Source: Camelus ferus (lineage: Eukaryota). From it: 64,000 nt of DNA. The stretch's first letter is position 1, and every line of letters begins with the position of its first letter. A program made the translations under genes and the position numbers. Shown in pieces: positions 50,600 to 64,000 of this stretch. Under the pieces are notes generated by a model. It ran no database searches, was not told the DNA's origin, and saw nothing but the letters and a program-made list of their open reading frames with translations. The stretch is from NCBI RefSeq assembly GCF_009834535.1, contig NC_045698.1, positions 13,270,001 through 13,334,000 of the forward strand. The letters run 5' to 3'.

Positions 50600-51735
50600 C
50601 GCTTGTGAATGAGACCCACCAGGCAGACTGTTAAAAATTATTTTCAAAATAATGGTAAGACTTTTTTTTCTTTGCTTACTGAATTGATAATTGCCCTGAT
50701 GGTACAAAAGTAATTGTGGGTAAAATGACTAGTGTCTCAGCCTGAATCATAACACTGGTGCCATAATGAGCTAGTGGTCATTGCATTCTTCACTTGCCAT
50801 AGCCGCACAGAAGAAGAAGATGAAGGGGAAAGAGAAGATGCAGTGACAGCAGCAGCATCAGCGGTGGTCAGGTGGTTTCACCTGGGGATTTCTTTTATGT
50901 AGCAGAAAAAAACTCTCAACTCTTGGGTAGACATACTTTTAATGTGTTGAGTGATGAAATGAAATGTACTTATTAAGCACGTCTACTGTATACCAAAGTA
51001 CAGTAGTCTCTCAAGGAAAATACAGTTCTGTGATTTTCTGGATTGCTGAAATAGCTGTTTTTTTTTTTCTTTAATAGAACACTTTTTATTTGAAAGAATG
51101 ACTGATAGACAAACTATGCTTATTCAGATTTCCGTATTTGGTTACTGATTCTTGAAAATAAGCCAAGTGAGCATGTCAATTGCAGGAAAACAATAAACAG
51201 TACTTGTCAGTGATAAAATTTCAGCTTTCAAATAAAAATAGAATTTTGTAGAATTTATATATTTGCCACCATATGCTTGTTATTGTACCAAAACAAATAA
51301 TTTTCTGATCAAATTAACAGAAGGATTTGGCTTTCTAAAAAAAATTGTTTAACAAAGTTGATCAACATTTGGAAGATCTGTAGAATTCACTGAAACATTA
51401 CTTTCAAAATGACCTAGACATGATTCAAAGATCCATTAAAAATGCAAGCCTGAATAACGTTTTTAAAATTATAATCTTGAAAGTTTGTTGATATGCTTTC
51501 AGATTCCACATTAAAACTAAACGTTAATAAAGTTAACACTTGTTGAATTTGGGTACAGTGTCAAAATAATTATCCATAATTATCTGATAAGGTTTTAAAA
51601 CTCCTCCCACCTTTTCCTGATGCATGTCTGTGTGAGGCTGGATTCTCTTCCTGTCCTACAAATCAAATAGGATATGCAACGTATTAGAACAAAAGCAGAC
51701 GTGAAACTCTAACTGTCATGTAGTAAGTCAGATGT
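50600..51735 (+). mobile_element. hAT-Charlie1-like DNA transposon, decayed transposase fragment
   Basis: From about 50695: PDGTKVIVGK...SGHCILH (hAT TDGA..M.G and CxxH motifs); later 'gacaaactatgcttattcaga' and 'tctgtgtgaggctggattctcttc'. Confidence 0.85.
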
Positions 51736-52019
51736 AAAAGAGATTTGAGACTTAATTTGTCTCAAAACAGCTACATTGACCCAGAGATTTGACGCTGTCA
51801 ATTCTAACTGCTAGTTTTAAATATTAGGTTCAGAATAGGTTGCTTAGCTATTTCTGCAAGCCTAAAATCCCCAATCTGAAATGCATGAATTTTGTAGAGT
51901 TATACATTTCTCTTTGTTCCTATCTTGTATGCACTATTTTTATTACAAAATCATGCACATAGCTGTAAAGACTTTCTATTTTAATACTGCATGTTGATCA
52001 GTAATACAATGAAAAGTGA

Positions 52020-52830
52020 ATCATGGTGAAGGAATAGAGATTGAGAAGGTGTGCTCTTTTAAACTAGATGAGCAGCGGCTGTTTCTCTGAGAAGGTGACA
52101 ATTGTGTGAACAAGCTGTGAAAACCCCTTGGGAACAGCTTACCGGGAAGGGGAAGGCAAGTACGTGTCTGGCATGTTTGATGAAGAATAATAAGGCTCAG
52201 TTGCATAGGGCAAAGTTAATTAAACAGAAAATTATTAGAAGTAGGTTGGGAAAGGTTGTCAGGCAAGAGATCATGAAAGTTTCCCTATGGGCATGAAGGA
52301 AAATGTATATAGAAGGGTGATTAAAAGTTAAGACAGAAGCTAAGCTTCTTAGGTTCAAATCTGAGCCATTATCTGTGTCCTAGGATAGATACTTTACCCA
52401 ACAACATCTCCATTTTCTCATGTGTACTCCCGGGGGTTATCGTAAATCCTGGATATGGAATACTGGTTAGGATTATTCAGTTAGCATATACACACGGTAC
52501 ATTATACACACATTAGTTATAATCATTCTTATTAAATGTAATGGGGATTATTAGCTATTATTAGTATTAGAATGCAATCTAGCCCTATTAAAGTGTTTTA
52601 AACAGGAGAGTGTCATTATTTGATTTGTGTTTTTTAAAAAATGTTCACTCTGGCTCCCACAGAGAGACATGATGATGGGGTGAGGATAAGGGATTAAGTT
52701 GGGAAAACACTCAGGACCACTACTGGAGTAATCCATGTGGTTGATGATGGGGTCTCCACTGATGGTAGCAGTGAAGGTGGTTGAGTGGTGAGATGCAGTA
52801 AATTTAAAGATACAGCCTCCAGTTGAAAAA
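52020..52830 (-). mobile_element. L2 fragments with a nested MIR (about 52310-52530)
   Basis: L2 motifs 'ttttaaacaggagagtgtcattatttgatttgtgttt' and 'cactctggct'; MIR motif 'aggttcaaatctgagcc'. Confidence 0.6.
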
Positions 52831-53254
52831 AAAAAGTACAATTTTACATTGACTTATATGTGTTTGTTTTTCTTTTCTTTAGCTTGCTGAATTCCATATC
52901 TATTGGTTAGCCTATTTTTTTATAATTGACTTTAAATGCAATATTTAAATTTCAAAACGTGATGACTATTTATATCTAATATTGAAATATCTTGTTGATC
53001 ATATTTGATTTTTATGGTTGCTAAACCTTTGTTTCAAATATTTGGTGCTCAAGTAACTCACAGTTTCCTAAACCACATGTGCTTCTTCTCATTGTCATTT
53101 GTACGCTTACTTCCCCTGAGATACAGGGACCTTCTCAGTGAATATCTGCTCTAGTTTTATGCCATATAGGAACACATTTCTTGCAGACAGCCACTCAGTC
53201 TCTCCAGGTAAATACTCAGCTGCTTTGTCCTCTTAATTTTTTTTTTAATCAACT

Positions 53255-53390
53255 TTCATTGACATCGGAAGCACCTGGAGATCTTTTTCAACTGCATATT
53301 CTGGGGAGGCGCTTGGGGTTTCGCATTTCTAACATGCGCCACAGTGATGCCAATGCTGCTGAGTCCTGAAACACACTTTGGGCAGCAAAG
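53255..53390. mobile_element. MER5-like MITE
   Basis: 'gcacctggagatcttt...cgcatttctaacatgcgccacagtgatgccaatgctgctg...acacactttgggcagcaa'. Confidence 0.65.
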
Positions 53391-55709
53391 CTTTAATGGC
53401 TCCTAAATGTTTAATGACTTCCTCAAATACCGAAGGCTTCCATGCTGGCTTCATGTACATAGGGTTTCACCTATGTGCTTAAAGCTACCTAATTAATACA
53501 CAAATCTTTCCTAATAAAATGTAGAAGCCCAGGGCAGCAAAGTTCTTTTCAAATTTATTTTTCTACAGAATTTGTATTTCTTAAGGGAATTTTTAATGCT
53601 TGTATACTTTATTAATAAAAGATTCTTGGCATAAAATTTTCAGTATTAGTAAGAAAGGGAAAAATTGTTTAAACAGAGTAATAAAATTATTTTTGGAGGC
53701 TGATCTTTGAGCTTCATTGGCTCTCCTGAGAATCAGACAGACAGATCTATCTAACTTTAAAAAATGTATTGATTTATTTGAAAACAATGAACATCACATT
53801 TAAATAATAACATGATATGGGATACACTAAAAATTTTCAGATTTTGTTTCTTCTGAATTTTAATTTTTTTGAATGCTAACAACCTTTTCAATGCAACACC
53901 CATGCCCACAGCAAAAAGTATCATATATACAATTACTTGACATCAAGTTAACCAGGAAATTTTACATTGTTTGTTACCCTCCAAAAAGGAAAAGACCCCA
54001 GTCCTTGTCTTACCCAACAGATAGAATTGCAGATGGGAGACAGAGTGCATTATGTAGCAAACTATTTTAAAGGATTTATCCAGTAGAAGAAAAGTACGCT
54101 TCTCCAAGAAGGGAGGCGGGCTGATCCAAGGGAGGAAAGCGATGGTCTTTGTTTTGTCCTTTCTCTAATACCCTGGCTTAGAGGCGGTCTTTTGATTGAT
54201 TGACGACTCTTGCCCCTGGAATGTCTAGTCATGATGGTTTCTTTTGTGCATGTCCTTATCCAGAGTGTGCACAGAAAAACCCATGGTGGGGGCAAATCAC
54301 AATGTTAATTATGTTACAGTGAGCATTGGGTCATGTCCAGTCAAGTATATTTTGCTACTGAGCAGTGTTGGTTATCGGGTTCTAACTGGTTTCTTGCTGG
54401 CCCTCATTTAGAAGAAGTGAAGTCCCTTTATGCTAGAGGGGGCATAACACCATCTTCCAGACCATCCTCCCTCTCCTCCATCTATCTGCCCGGTGCCTGC
54501 ACTTATCTAACTACCCAAAAGTTTAAAAAAATTAAGTGACGGCTATTTCTTCAGTGACCCACAATAGTAACATATATTTTTAAAAATTGGATAACTCTTT
54601 AAATAGTTGCAGTACACACTCCATTTACACCTTTATCCCTGGATGAAAGCCGTATCTATTATGAATCTTTTCTTCCATTCTCTTCTTTTCATTGAGTTCA
54701 GACAATCTCTAGCTTGGGTGTTTTAGTGTCTTGTAAATGCACATGATTGAAGACGCTGCTGGTACCTGAAAAATCTGCAGAATCACAGTGGGCACCATCC
54801 TCACCATCACCAATAAATAACAGAAGGATAAATAAAACCAAGAAAATTGCAATACTAAAGGAGAATCTAAGTAATCTAAATACTCTATATACCAGTAATG
54901 GAGTCAAACTGGCATAACCACAGTGTTTTATTAGCTGCTACTAAACCATTTACTTTGAGGTGCATGTAAGCTAAATGATATAAAGGAGAAATAACATAAT
55001 TAAAGTGATTCATGTAGTGTATTTAAATTTAGCATCTGTTTTTCAGTTAAGATTAAGAATACAGAATTGAATTAAATGCAGTTCTATATACTTCCAATCT
55101 TATGTTATACCATAAGACTTACGAGCCTATCTGTTTTCACTGTTATCATTAGAAACAGAAACTATGAAATATTTTAAATATTGCAAATATAATAAAATAT
55201 TTATTTCCAAATATCTAGCATTTCATTTAGGTTGATGATGGGTGGGGATTGGACAATTTATATTTAAAAGATTAAAAAATATGTATTGTGTTAACGAACG
55301 CTGGTGTAATCAGGCATTCTGGACTGTGCGAATTGCAGGAACATATGTTTGTATTGTGGACATGCATTAGGAATATGCACATAACACAGCATATGGAAGA
55401 TTTATATAGATTTTACACTCTGCCCAAAATAACTATATGTAGTGATAGAACAGTATCAAACCAGCATCTCTCCCACGGCTATGATGTGAGGAACCAGCAG
55501 ATGAGGGCAATGGAGCTATGTTTGAAAGCACTAACTGGCAGAAAACTCACAGAGAATAATTGCAAAAAATAGAAAAACAGAAGCAGCAGCGCTCTTGTTA
55601 GAAAAGTAAAACACGACTGAGACGGAAAAACAACCAATAGAAAGAGGAAGGGAGAGTTTTGCCCAGAAGATTGGTGAGTAAACAGTTCCAAACAATCAAG
55701 CAGTAGACA

Positions 55710-56990
55710 CATTCACAATTAGAGTTTGAAACTTCAACACAGCCCTGTTAGACACACAACTGTCGGAGCCAGTAGAACAAAAGTGAACAGAGTATAGATC
55801 TGATCAGCACAGTTAATGTAATTGATGTGTATGGAATACTTCACCCTAAAACAGAAGTATATGTAGTTTTCAAGAGCTTATAAAGCATTGAAGAGGGTAG
55901 ACCACATCTTGGGTGATAAAATAAAACCCAACATTTCAAAGAATTGAAATCATATAGTGTCTTATTTGACCATAATAGACTCACACTAGAAATCAGAACC
56001 AGAGAGACAACAGAAAGATACCTAAATAATTGAATTCTACAAATCTCTTAAAGAATTACCAATTTCACACAATCTCTTCTAGAAAATGGAAGAGAAGGAA
56101 AGACTCCCCAGCTCATCTAATGAAGCCAGTATTGCTCTGACACCAAATCAGACAAAAACTGTCAACATAACAAAATATAATCCAACATTTAAAAAACTCA
56201 AGACCAAAATGTTATACATAGACACTTATCAGAATGGCAAAAACATACACAGTGACAACACAAATGCTGGTTAGGATGTGAAAAGCAGGATCACTCATAC
56301 ATTTCTGATGGTAGACCAACATGGGAAAAAATTGGTAGTTTTTATTACAACTAAATATGAAATTTACCATTCAACCTAGCAAATGCACTCAGGCATTTAC
56401 CACAGAGAATAGGAATTGATGTTTTCAAACAAAACTTACAGATGCATGTTCATATGAGTGATTTATAATAGTTCAAAACTGGGAGCAGGTCAGATATCTT
56501 TCATTAGGTGAGCAAATCCAGTACACCCATATCATGGACTACTCTCAGCAAAAAGAGAAGAGCCATAAGTGCACAGATTCCAGAGAACTATGCTGAGTAA
56601 AAAAAAATGTAGGTCCCTAAAAGCTCCACATTATATGATCTTATTTAACATTCCTGTAACACCACATTATAGAAATTGAGTACATAGTGATTGCCCAGCA
56701 GGAAGAAAAGGGCAGGTGTGAAGATGGGAGGGAAATGAAAAAGATTTGAAAAAAGTGACACAAAAATCTTTGTGGTGTTGGAACTGTCCTGTTTCTTGAT
56801 TGATTGTGATGGTGATTCACAAACCTACCCATGAGATAAAATTGCATAGAACTAAATATATACACAAAAATAAGTATTAGTGAAATAGGAGAAATCTTAA
56901 TATGATAAAATCAATTGCATCAATATCAGTTTCCTGGTGGTGGCAGTGTACTAGAATTTTGCAAGATATTATCATTTAGGGAGAATATGA
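55710..56990 (+). mobile_element. Old L1 (L1MD/ME-like), internally deleted
   Basis: Endonuclease region (gtagaccacatcttgggtgataaaataaa...gaattgaaatcata), RT region (LPSSSNEASIALTP) and 3'UTR motifs, in order. Confidence 0.8.
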
Positions 56991-57284
56991 AGCATTTTTC
57001 ATGGGATGTTTATATTTTCTAAATGAAAATAGTAGGTCAGATCAAAAGCTAAACATAAATAATTTGGGATTTGGACACAGTGAAGAATTATGTACACAAA
57101 TGATTGGAAAAGAAAGAGTGGATATATCTAAAAGGCACATTTTTTATTGTGCACTATGCATATATCAAATTAAATTACTCCCCTGGGAAACTTGATCTTC
57201 TTTGTGACAGCTGTGGAGAGTGTAGTACACTCAGGATTGGATTATTTTAATGAATAAAGGGAAAGTTAAAGGTGTAAAAGGTTA

Positions 57285-57935
57285 GTGGATTCATTGATTC
57301 AAGACTCATTTTATGAATAAATAACAATGAAACACATTATGTGCCAGGAAGACTTCTAGGGGACATTGATACCACAGTTAAAATACAGATTTTTCTTAGG
57401 AAACTCACATTCTGTTGGATTGGTCAGAAAATATACGACAGTCCTGTAATTTTAGATGTTAATAAATTCTTGAAACAAAAATAAAACAGGATGAGAAAAT
57501 GGGTGGCTAGAATGATATTTTATAGAGTGTACAGGTGATGCTTGAGCAGAGAATTGAATTAAGTGTAGGAACAAGGATGTGCATTAAGGGTGGAGAAGGA
57601 AGGTTAGGTTTTGATGTTAGATATGTGTGATGTGTTCAAGAGAAATTGAGGAAATTAGTATGGTTTAAGGCAAGAAGCCAGACAGAGAGAGGAGAGATTA
57701 AATAGAGGAAGTTATTGAGAAGGGCTCTTTTAGGATCTACTAGGAATTTGAAACAATTTTGGATTTTCATCAGAAGGAAATGGAAGGTCTTTGGAGAGTT
57801 TGAAGCAGAAGGCTGACCTGTGGCATGTTTGTCTGATGTCTCATTCCAGCTTCTATGTGAAGTCTACATTTTATGACCATGAATGTATATGGGAAGACAA
57901 ATTAGAAGGCCATTGCTGTAGTTAAGGTGAGACAA
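57285..57935 (-). mobile_element. L2 LINE fragment
   Basis: 'attatgtgccagga', 'ggtgatgcttgagcagagaattgaat', 'ttagaaggccattgctgtagttaaggtgaga'. Confidence 0.75.
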
Positions 57936-58009
57936 AATTAGTAATGACAAAGGTTACATTAAAATGACGGCCACCAGACTATGAAAAATGGACACGGACA
58001 GAAGGTAAG

Positions 58010-58255
58010 TATAAAGCTTAATAGCAATGACTCAGAAGATTCCCTGGGTGACAATCTCAGCTTTGGTGACACATGATTGCTGGGAAAACTTTCACATTTT
58101 CTGTCTCAGTTGTGCGTGTGTAAGATGGGGCCCATAAGTACATAAGCCTTATGTTGTGAAAATTAAATGAATTACTACCCACGAAATATGTTGAACAATG
58201 GTTGGAAGATAATAAATATTTAGTATATGTTTTATTGTTACTTATTTTTATTATT
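58010..58255 (+). mobile_element. MIR SINE
   Basis: 'tctgtctcagttgtgcgtgtgtaagatgggg...gttgtgaaaattaaatga'. Confidence 0.65.
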
Positions 58256-58269
58256 ATGAGAGAGGAGAA

Positions 58270-58783
58270 GACTAGTTAATCAGCTGGAAGTCCTGATGAG
58301 ATAAAATACTAGGTAACCTGTGGATGATTGTAAAAGCGATCTTGATAGAGGAGCAAGGTTGTTGTTACAAAGTGGGTTATGGTGTGACTTAATGACTTTG
58401 CACTGTAGATATTTGGGATGGGAGCTTGCCCACAGGGGTAGAAGCTGCTGGCTTTTTTCCACACCCCCACATACAGTTTCTTGTACACTTTCAGGAGTGA
58501 CAGCACTAGCCTGATCACATACCCTACTTAGAGATCAGAATGCTGAGCCTTTGGAGCACCCCCTTCCAAGCTTCTAGGCTACTTTAACTACTATTTTATC
58601 CCCAGGCACTAGTGGTGGTGGTTGCTTCCTGTGGTTACTATCACTGGATGGTCTCAATGTTCCTTTTTTTTGTTAGTTAGCCCTTCAATTTCGGTGCAAG
58701 CAATTCTTACACATATTAATTTTTTTTCTGTGAAATACCCATTTTTCTCTCCCTTTTCCTGACCAGGCTCTGTTTGGTATACA
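58270..58783 (+). mobile_element. ERVL LTR (LTR33-like)
   Basis: 'ccccaggcactagtggtggtggttgcttcctgtggttacta...ttcctgaccaggctctgtttggtataca' resembles an LTR33-type 3' end. Confidence 0.55.
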
Positions 58784-61129
58784 ACAGCATGTTTTCTTTC
58801 TCATTTATTTATCCATATACACAGATATCTATGTGACTAAAACTTTTATATACATGAAATCATAACGCTGGAATTTTTTTGTGCGGTTTTGATTTTCCTT
58901 TGACTTTGTGCTTGAAAATTTAACTCAGTTTACAGTCTCTCTTCCAAATCACCTTCCCAAATCCTAACACGTATGTGCAAAAGTAACTTAATGGAAATAT
59001 CTTAGAATTCATTCTTCCACAATATTCTATGTTCATAAAAATCGTATCATCTTAAGAGTACCGTAATGTATAACTTTGGTCAAGTTTCAAGGACAGAATT
59101 AGGGAAGCAGCATTGCTTATGGCAGAATTATTGCCTACTAGGAATTACAATGTATTTGGAATTCAGTGAATTTCAGCTGACTTTAATTTACTTGTGTTCA
59201 GCCCTTGGGAAAGAAGAAAGAATAATTTGTTGTCATGGGGAATATAAATATTAGTAGAAGATGCTCATTGAAATCAATGTTCTGTCCCTCTTACAAATGG
59301 TTGTAAGGAAAACAACCGTGCTTCAATAACTTGTTAAAAAAGTGAACAAGAAATTTTTTAATGGTAATGAGAAACTAAAATTTTACATAATAGTAAATGT
59401 CATTTTTATTAATACTGGTAAATTGTTACTATACTATAATAAAAATACAAATGACGATGAAATGATGATTCATATAATTTGGTGTATACTCCAACGACTT
59501 GAAAGAAAGAAGATGTTTAATCAATATACTGAAGTTATTATGTTACTATCATCATCCTCACGTTGATTTTATAACAGTTTGAGTTTGCCTTATCATTCTT
59601 GCAAGAGCACATCTAAAACAAGGTGAAAACATAGAGAATACTTTATGAAGTAGAATAAAGCCTGAAGTTTGAGTGACATCCTTAGTAAGGAGTAGAATGT
59701 GTACATTTGAAAGGTGACAAAGTGCTGGCTGAAATGAATTTATGAGAATCAAAATTCCAAGTTGTTAGGATATATTATACCGTTTAGAGTTGAAGTTCTG
59801 TATCTGCCCTTGGTAAAAATGTTCAGTAACTGGACATGAACATGTAAAGTACCATAAGGAAGCGTTTGTGTTACAAAGTTCTTAATTCATGTACCATTAT
59901 GATTGACATAAAATAGTGCTATAAAAATTTATGAGGTACAAGCATTTAAAGAAATATACTTCTTACAAATTAACCATGACCACATTTTCTTAGAATGAAG
60001 CCTCAGTGCTGATGTATGTCATTAAGATTAGATGGCTATGTTGAAATATTATGGAGTTAATCATTAGGCAACATGCCTGAAAGGATAATGGTTTGTAAAA
60101 TGGAAGGCTAGGTGTTTATATACATACACATATGTAACTTAATAAGTCATTGAATTGTGTTTGTGATACTCCACAACTTGTTCAAATACTGGTTCAAAGC
60201 ATTCGTTATTTCACAACATGTGTACATATCCGTAGTCTCCTCCCACAAACTACAAGTAGGGTCAACAACCGCTGTATTATAAAATTTGTCATTATAAGCT
60301 TTTTCATTTCATTTTACTTAACAAATATCCTCAACATTCTTTCAGATGTTTATAAACTAAAAGTGCTGCTACTTTAAAAGGTCAACCTGTCAAATTATGA
60401 GTTTTTGTCTATCTACTGTCCTTTTTTATTTTATTTTTTTACTTCTCTTCCCTTTCCATTATTTTCCAATAGCTTGTTCTTTAGACCTACCTTTTTATCA
60501 AGGTTTATCTGCCATACATTTGTTTAAATCTTAACTACGTCTTTGAAATATTTCACTGTGGGGCTTTCATTGACGAAGCATCAGAGGGTATGCCACATCT
60601 CACTCATCACAGTTCATTCCGCTGAGATAGATACAAAGATGGATAAATAGATACCTTGATACATAGATAGATAGGATCTAGTTATTTTTCTTATATATCC
60701 CCATCTCTTTATTCCCTTTGAAATAAATTCAGCATCAACTTCATAAATTGCTTTTTTATGATTTTTTATACTTTTGAAAAAATTTCATGTACAATCCAAT
60801 GTTAGATTTTTAAATATTTAACGTTTCTCTTTCACAGGTAAATAAAATATTTTGGTCATTTTAGGATTAACATTTCCTTCATGTGAACAGTTCAACTCAC
60901 AGAGACATTAATTCTTGTCTTTGAAGTGGAGAGATCGTGTAACCATATTATTGTAAGTGAACTCTACCTGATGAAAGAGATTCCAAACTCATATTAGTAA
61001 TGATAAATTGATTTTTTTGTGTTCTTTTAGACTTGATGGCAAAATTATGAACATTATGATAGAATAGGTTGTTAATATTCATGTCTACAAGGGACCCCTA
61101 AAACATATAAGTTGTATCTCTCAGCCACA

Positions 61130-62740
61130 CCCTTTCTGTTTTTCATCTTTTATTTTTATTTTTTGATATCTCTATTATGGATATTACCAAAGAGACACAA
61201 AAGTCTCAACCATCACCCAGTTTCAGTAATTATCAATATGTAACCAATCATGTTTCAGTTATACCATCTCCTACCTTCTGTATTATTTTTAAATGAACTT
61301 CAGATACACAGGATTTTATGTGTACATATACCAATATAACAATTCTAAAAGCTAAATCTTTTAACGTTAGCATAGGCTACTGTCATACCTTAAATTTAAC
61401 AGTAATTCCTTAATATAATCTAATGTTAAGTTAATGTAAAAATTTGTCCCGTGAAAGTCATTTATAAAATAGTTTTTTAATAAAAATATGGATCATAACA
61501 AGGTTCATACTTTTTTTTATTGATATGTCACTTAAACACCTTTTAATCTCCCCCCTCCATTTGTTAAAGATGGTGGGTCAGTTTTTCTGTAGACAGTTCC
61601 ACATCAGATTACTGCTTATTAACCCACATAATGCTTTTAACATTTTTCAGTATTTGCCCAGAATGCTATATAGGTGGTATTACATACTCCCTTTCACATG
61701 AAATTAAGAGACGTAAAGTCTGACGTTCTTTTTCTCCATCACTAGGCTCAGTTGTTGTCAACCTGATCCATCTTTATTAAACTGTCCTCCATCAGTTTTT
61801 CATCTAATGGTTTTGGCAGACATGTATGGTTATTATCGAAATCCAGTATATTATTAGGAATTGCAAAACGTGTTTCATTTATTAGACAGAATTGTTGTAA
61901 AAATAGACATTTTTCCTCATGAACTATTTGGTTACTCTGAGTTACAGTTCTTAAGGGAAAAGGAGTTGAAAAGCTGGCTGCGGTCCTTCATAAAACAAGT
62001 TAGTATTGGTAACCACTAGAGTCAAATAATGTGATTTTCTCTGTAGCGAGTAGCTTTTTGCTTTTCTTTCTCTCTTTTTTTTTTTTCTAGTTTTAGTTTT
62101 AGTGTCTTTTTGAAGCCCTCGATTATATATGTATTTTATGTTCCAGTCTGTCCCAGACATCATTATGTTTTGATTCTTGCACAGCCCCATTTTGACCCAC
62201 TGGAGTTTCTTTCAAGTTGACTCTTGTGTATTTCTGATATGAACCCATGTTCTTTGAGAACTTTCTTGCTTTCTAGTGTAAAAATTATTTCAGGGTCATC
62301 TTCTACATTTCTTGCCCTAGACCTGGAATCAGGCCTTTCTTAAAAAGTCCAGATTTCTTTTTTTTAAAATAGTACATAAAGACCAACGATTAGTCAGTCC
62401 TTCTAGGTTAATTCAATCAATCTAGCTAGGAAAAATACACATTCTTTTTGAAAATTAAACACGGATTATAAATTCATGCTGCTATTTTTAATTCAAATTA
62501 TGATTGCAGGATTTTACATAACTTTCTTAATTTTTAGTTTGTCTCTATTTTAAATTGAAAATTCTTGTTTTTTAACTTGGGTAACATAATAATTTATTTG
62601 TTTAATCCTACAAAAACTCTAAGAGTTTCAAAGTAACATAATACAATTTATACAAACAATGTAAATATTCATTTATTAAACAGTTTAATATTTATTTACA
62701 ATTCTATTTCATGCTTAAGATATATCACAACAATAATACT
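61130..62740 (-). mobile_element. Old L1 3' region (L1MC/ME-like)
   Basis: 'cttcagatacac', 'cagggtcatcttctacatttcttgccctagacctggaatcagg', 'ctttcaagttgactcttgtg' are L1MC-type 3'UTR motifs. Confidence 0.7.
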
Positions 62741-62789
62741 ATTTGTTTCTGGGTACAGCTTACAGAAAATAGGAGTAGTAGGAAATAAA

Positions 62790-63400
62790 TAAGTGAATAC
62801 ATTCATAATTTTAGATGATATTAAGTAATGTGGAGGAAAAATAGTGAGTGAGAAATATTTTTGGTGGGGTAAGTTACAGAAAGTCTCACTGAGAAAGGGC
62901 TATTTGAAGACAAAACTAAAAAAGAGGGAAAACTTCTCAAAGTTAGGTGAAAAAAGGCTTCTAGGTAGAGGGAACAGGAAAGGTATAATCTTGATAAAGC
63001 ACTGGGTTTGGCATGCTTTGGTGAAAAGAAGAAGGATAGTCTGGTCAGCCTGGTGGACCATGAGTCCAGTCTCCACTCATAGTCAGAATTGTAGATAAGA
63101 TCAAGAACAGAGTCTTATAGACGATACTAAAGAGATATGTTGTGATGAGAAACCCCCCAGAGGAGAGAGATATGATCAGATTTTCACTTACACAACCCTG
63201 GATGAATCTTAAAAATGGATGGTCCTGGAGCCACGTGAAAGTGAGAACAATTAGGATGCTACTTACATAATCTGTGTACGTAGATGATGGTGTCTCAGCC
63301 AGAGTGGCAGTGGTACACATGTGAAGGAGGGCTCAATTAAATGATGATATTCAAAAGTATGGCTGAAATACTTATATTTATGGATGAATTTAACACATTG
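62790..63400 (-). mobile_element. L2 LINE fragment
   Basis: 'aaagtctcactgagaagg', 'ctaggtagagggaacag', 'atatgatcagattttc', 'agatgatggtgtctcagccagagtggcagtgg'. Confidence 0.7.
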
Positions 63401-64000
63401 GGTAATTTTCTCCTTTTCAAAATTATCCTTTTCCTTGGAATTTCTGGCCTTAAGATTCTTGATTTTTATTTTTGATGTATTTTTCCTCACTTCTGACTCA
63501 TCCTCAGACCTCTTTTAGAACGTTCTTCTTCTCCATGTCTCTAAGTACCTGCACTCGTTGAAGATGCTCTCCGAAGACCTCTTCTTATTCTAAACCTCCT
63601 GCTGTCTGATCTCATCAATTTCCCAAACTTACATTTCCATCTATAGTGGCATTGACTTCCATGTCTATGTCTTCATCCTACGTCTCTGCACTTCAAGGAT
63701 TTACTGGTATTTAAGATGGATTTTACACAACTATTACTCTGATTTTCTTGAAAGCTGAATTTATTGTTTGTTCATTATCTCACGGATTGGCACTTCCAGC
63801 TGCCCATGGACACCCCCGTCTGATTCCTGAGGGCTATGTGTGATTTTCCCTCTCCTGGTGCCTTGTTGGGTAATCCAAGCCTGTCATATTTTCTCTCTTA
63901 ATTACTATTACGTGATAACATTGCTTTAAAATATTCACTGTCTCAGAAATGCCATGTACAATTTATGTTCTAAATTGATGTCGTTTAGTTCATCAGAGGA

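Noticed and set aside
54698..54907. ORF with a hydrophobic TM-like segment
   Set aside because: The hydrophobicity follows from a T-rich strand; no ATG start and no supporting exon structure.
1..64000. Casein/SCPP locus (suggested by GAS sites and a 21-nt exon), CRISPR arrays or other prokaryotic systems
   Set aside because: No signal-peptide exon or phase-0 Ser/Glu exons found; the sequence is mammalian and has no spaced repeat arrays.

Overview
AT-rich mammalian genomic DNA, most likely from a camelid (camel/alpaca/llama), judged from three tRNA-Ala-derived vic-1-type SINEs and a young L1 fragment. No intact protein-coding gene is recognisable; the supplied ORFs look like chance or repeat-derived frames. 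The window is intergenic or deep-intronic, with many eutherian repeats (L1, L2, MIR, MaLR/ERVL/ERV1/ERVK LTRs, hAT and Tigger DNA elements). The main non-repeat signal is a heavily decayed, intronless TRIM60/TRIM75-like (coiled-coil + PRY-SPRY) pseudogene on the minus strand at about 9.5-10.95 kb, interrupted by a 128-bp L1 piece with no poly(A). Other observations: a ~200-bp dispersed duplication with an identical 40-bp core containing a STAT/GAS site, a CpG/CCAAT promoter-like patch at 47.2 kb, and several isolated splice-signal configurations (microexon-like and recursive-site-like). All family assignments were made by eye against remembered consensus sequences, and boundaries of old repeats are approximate.
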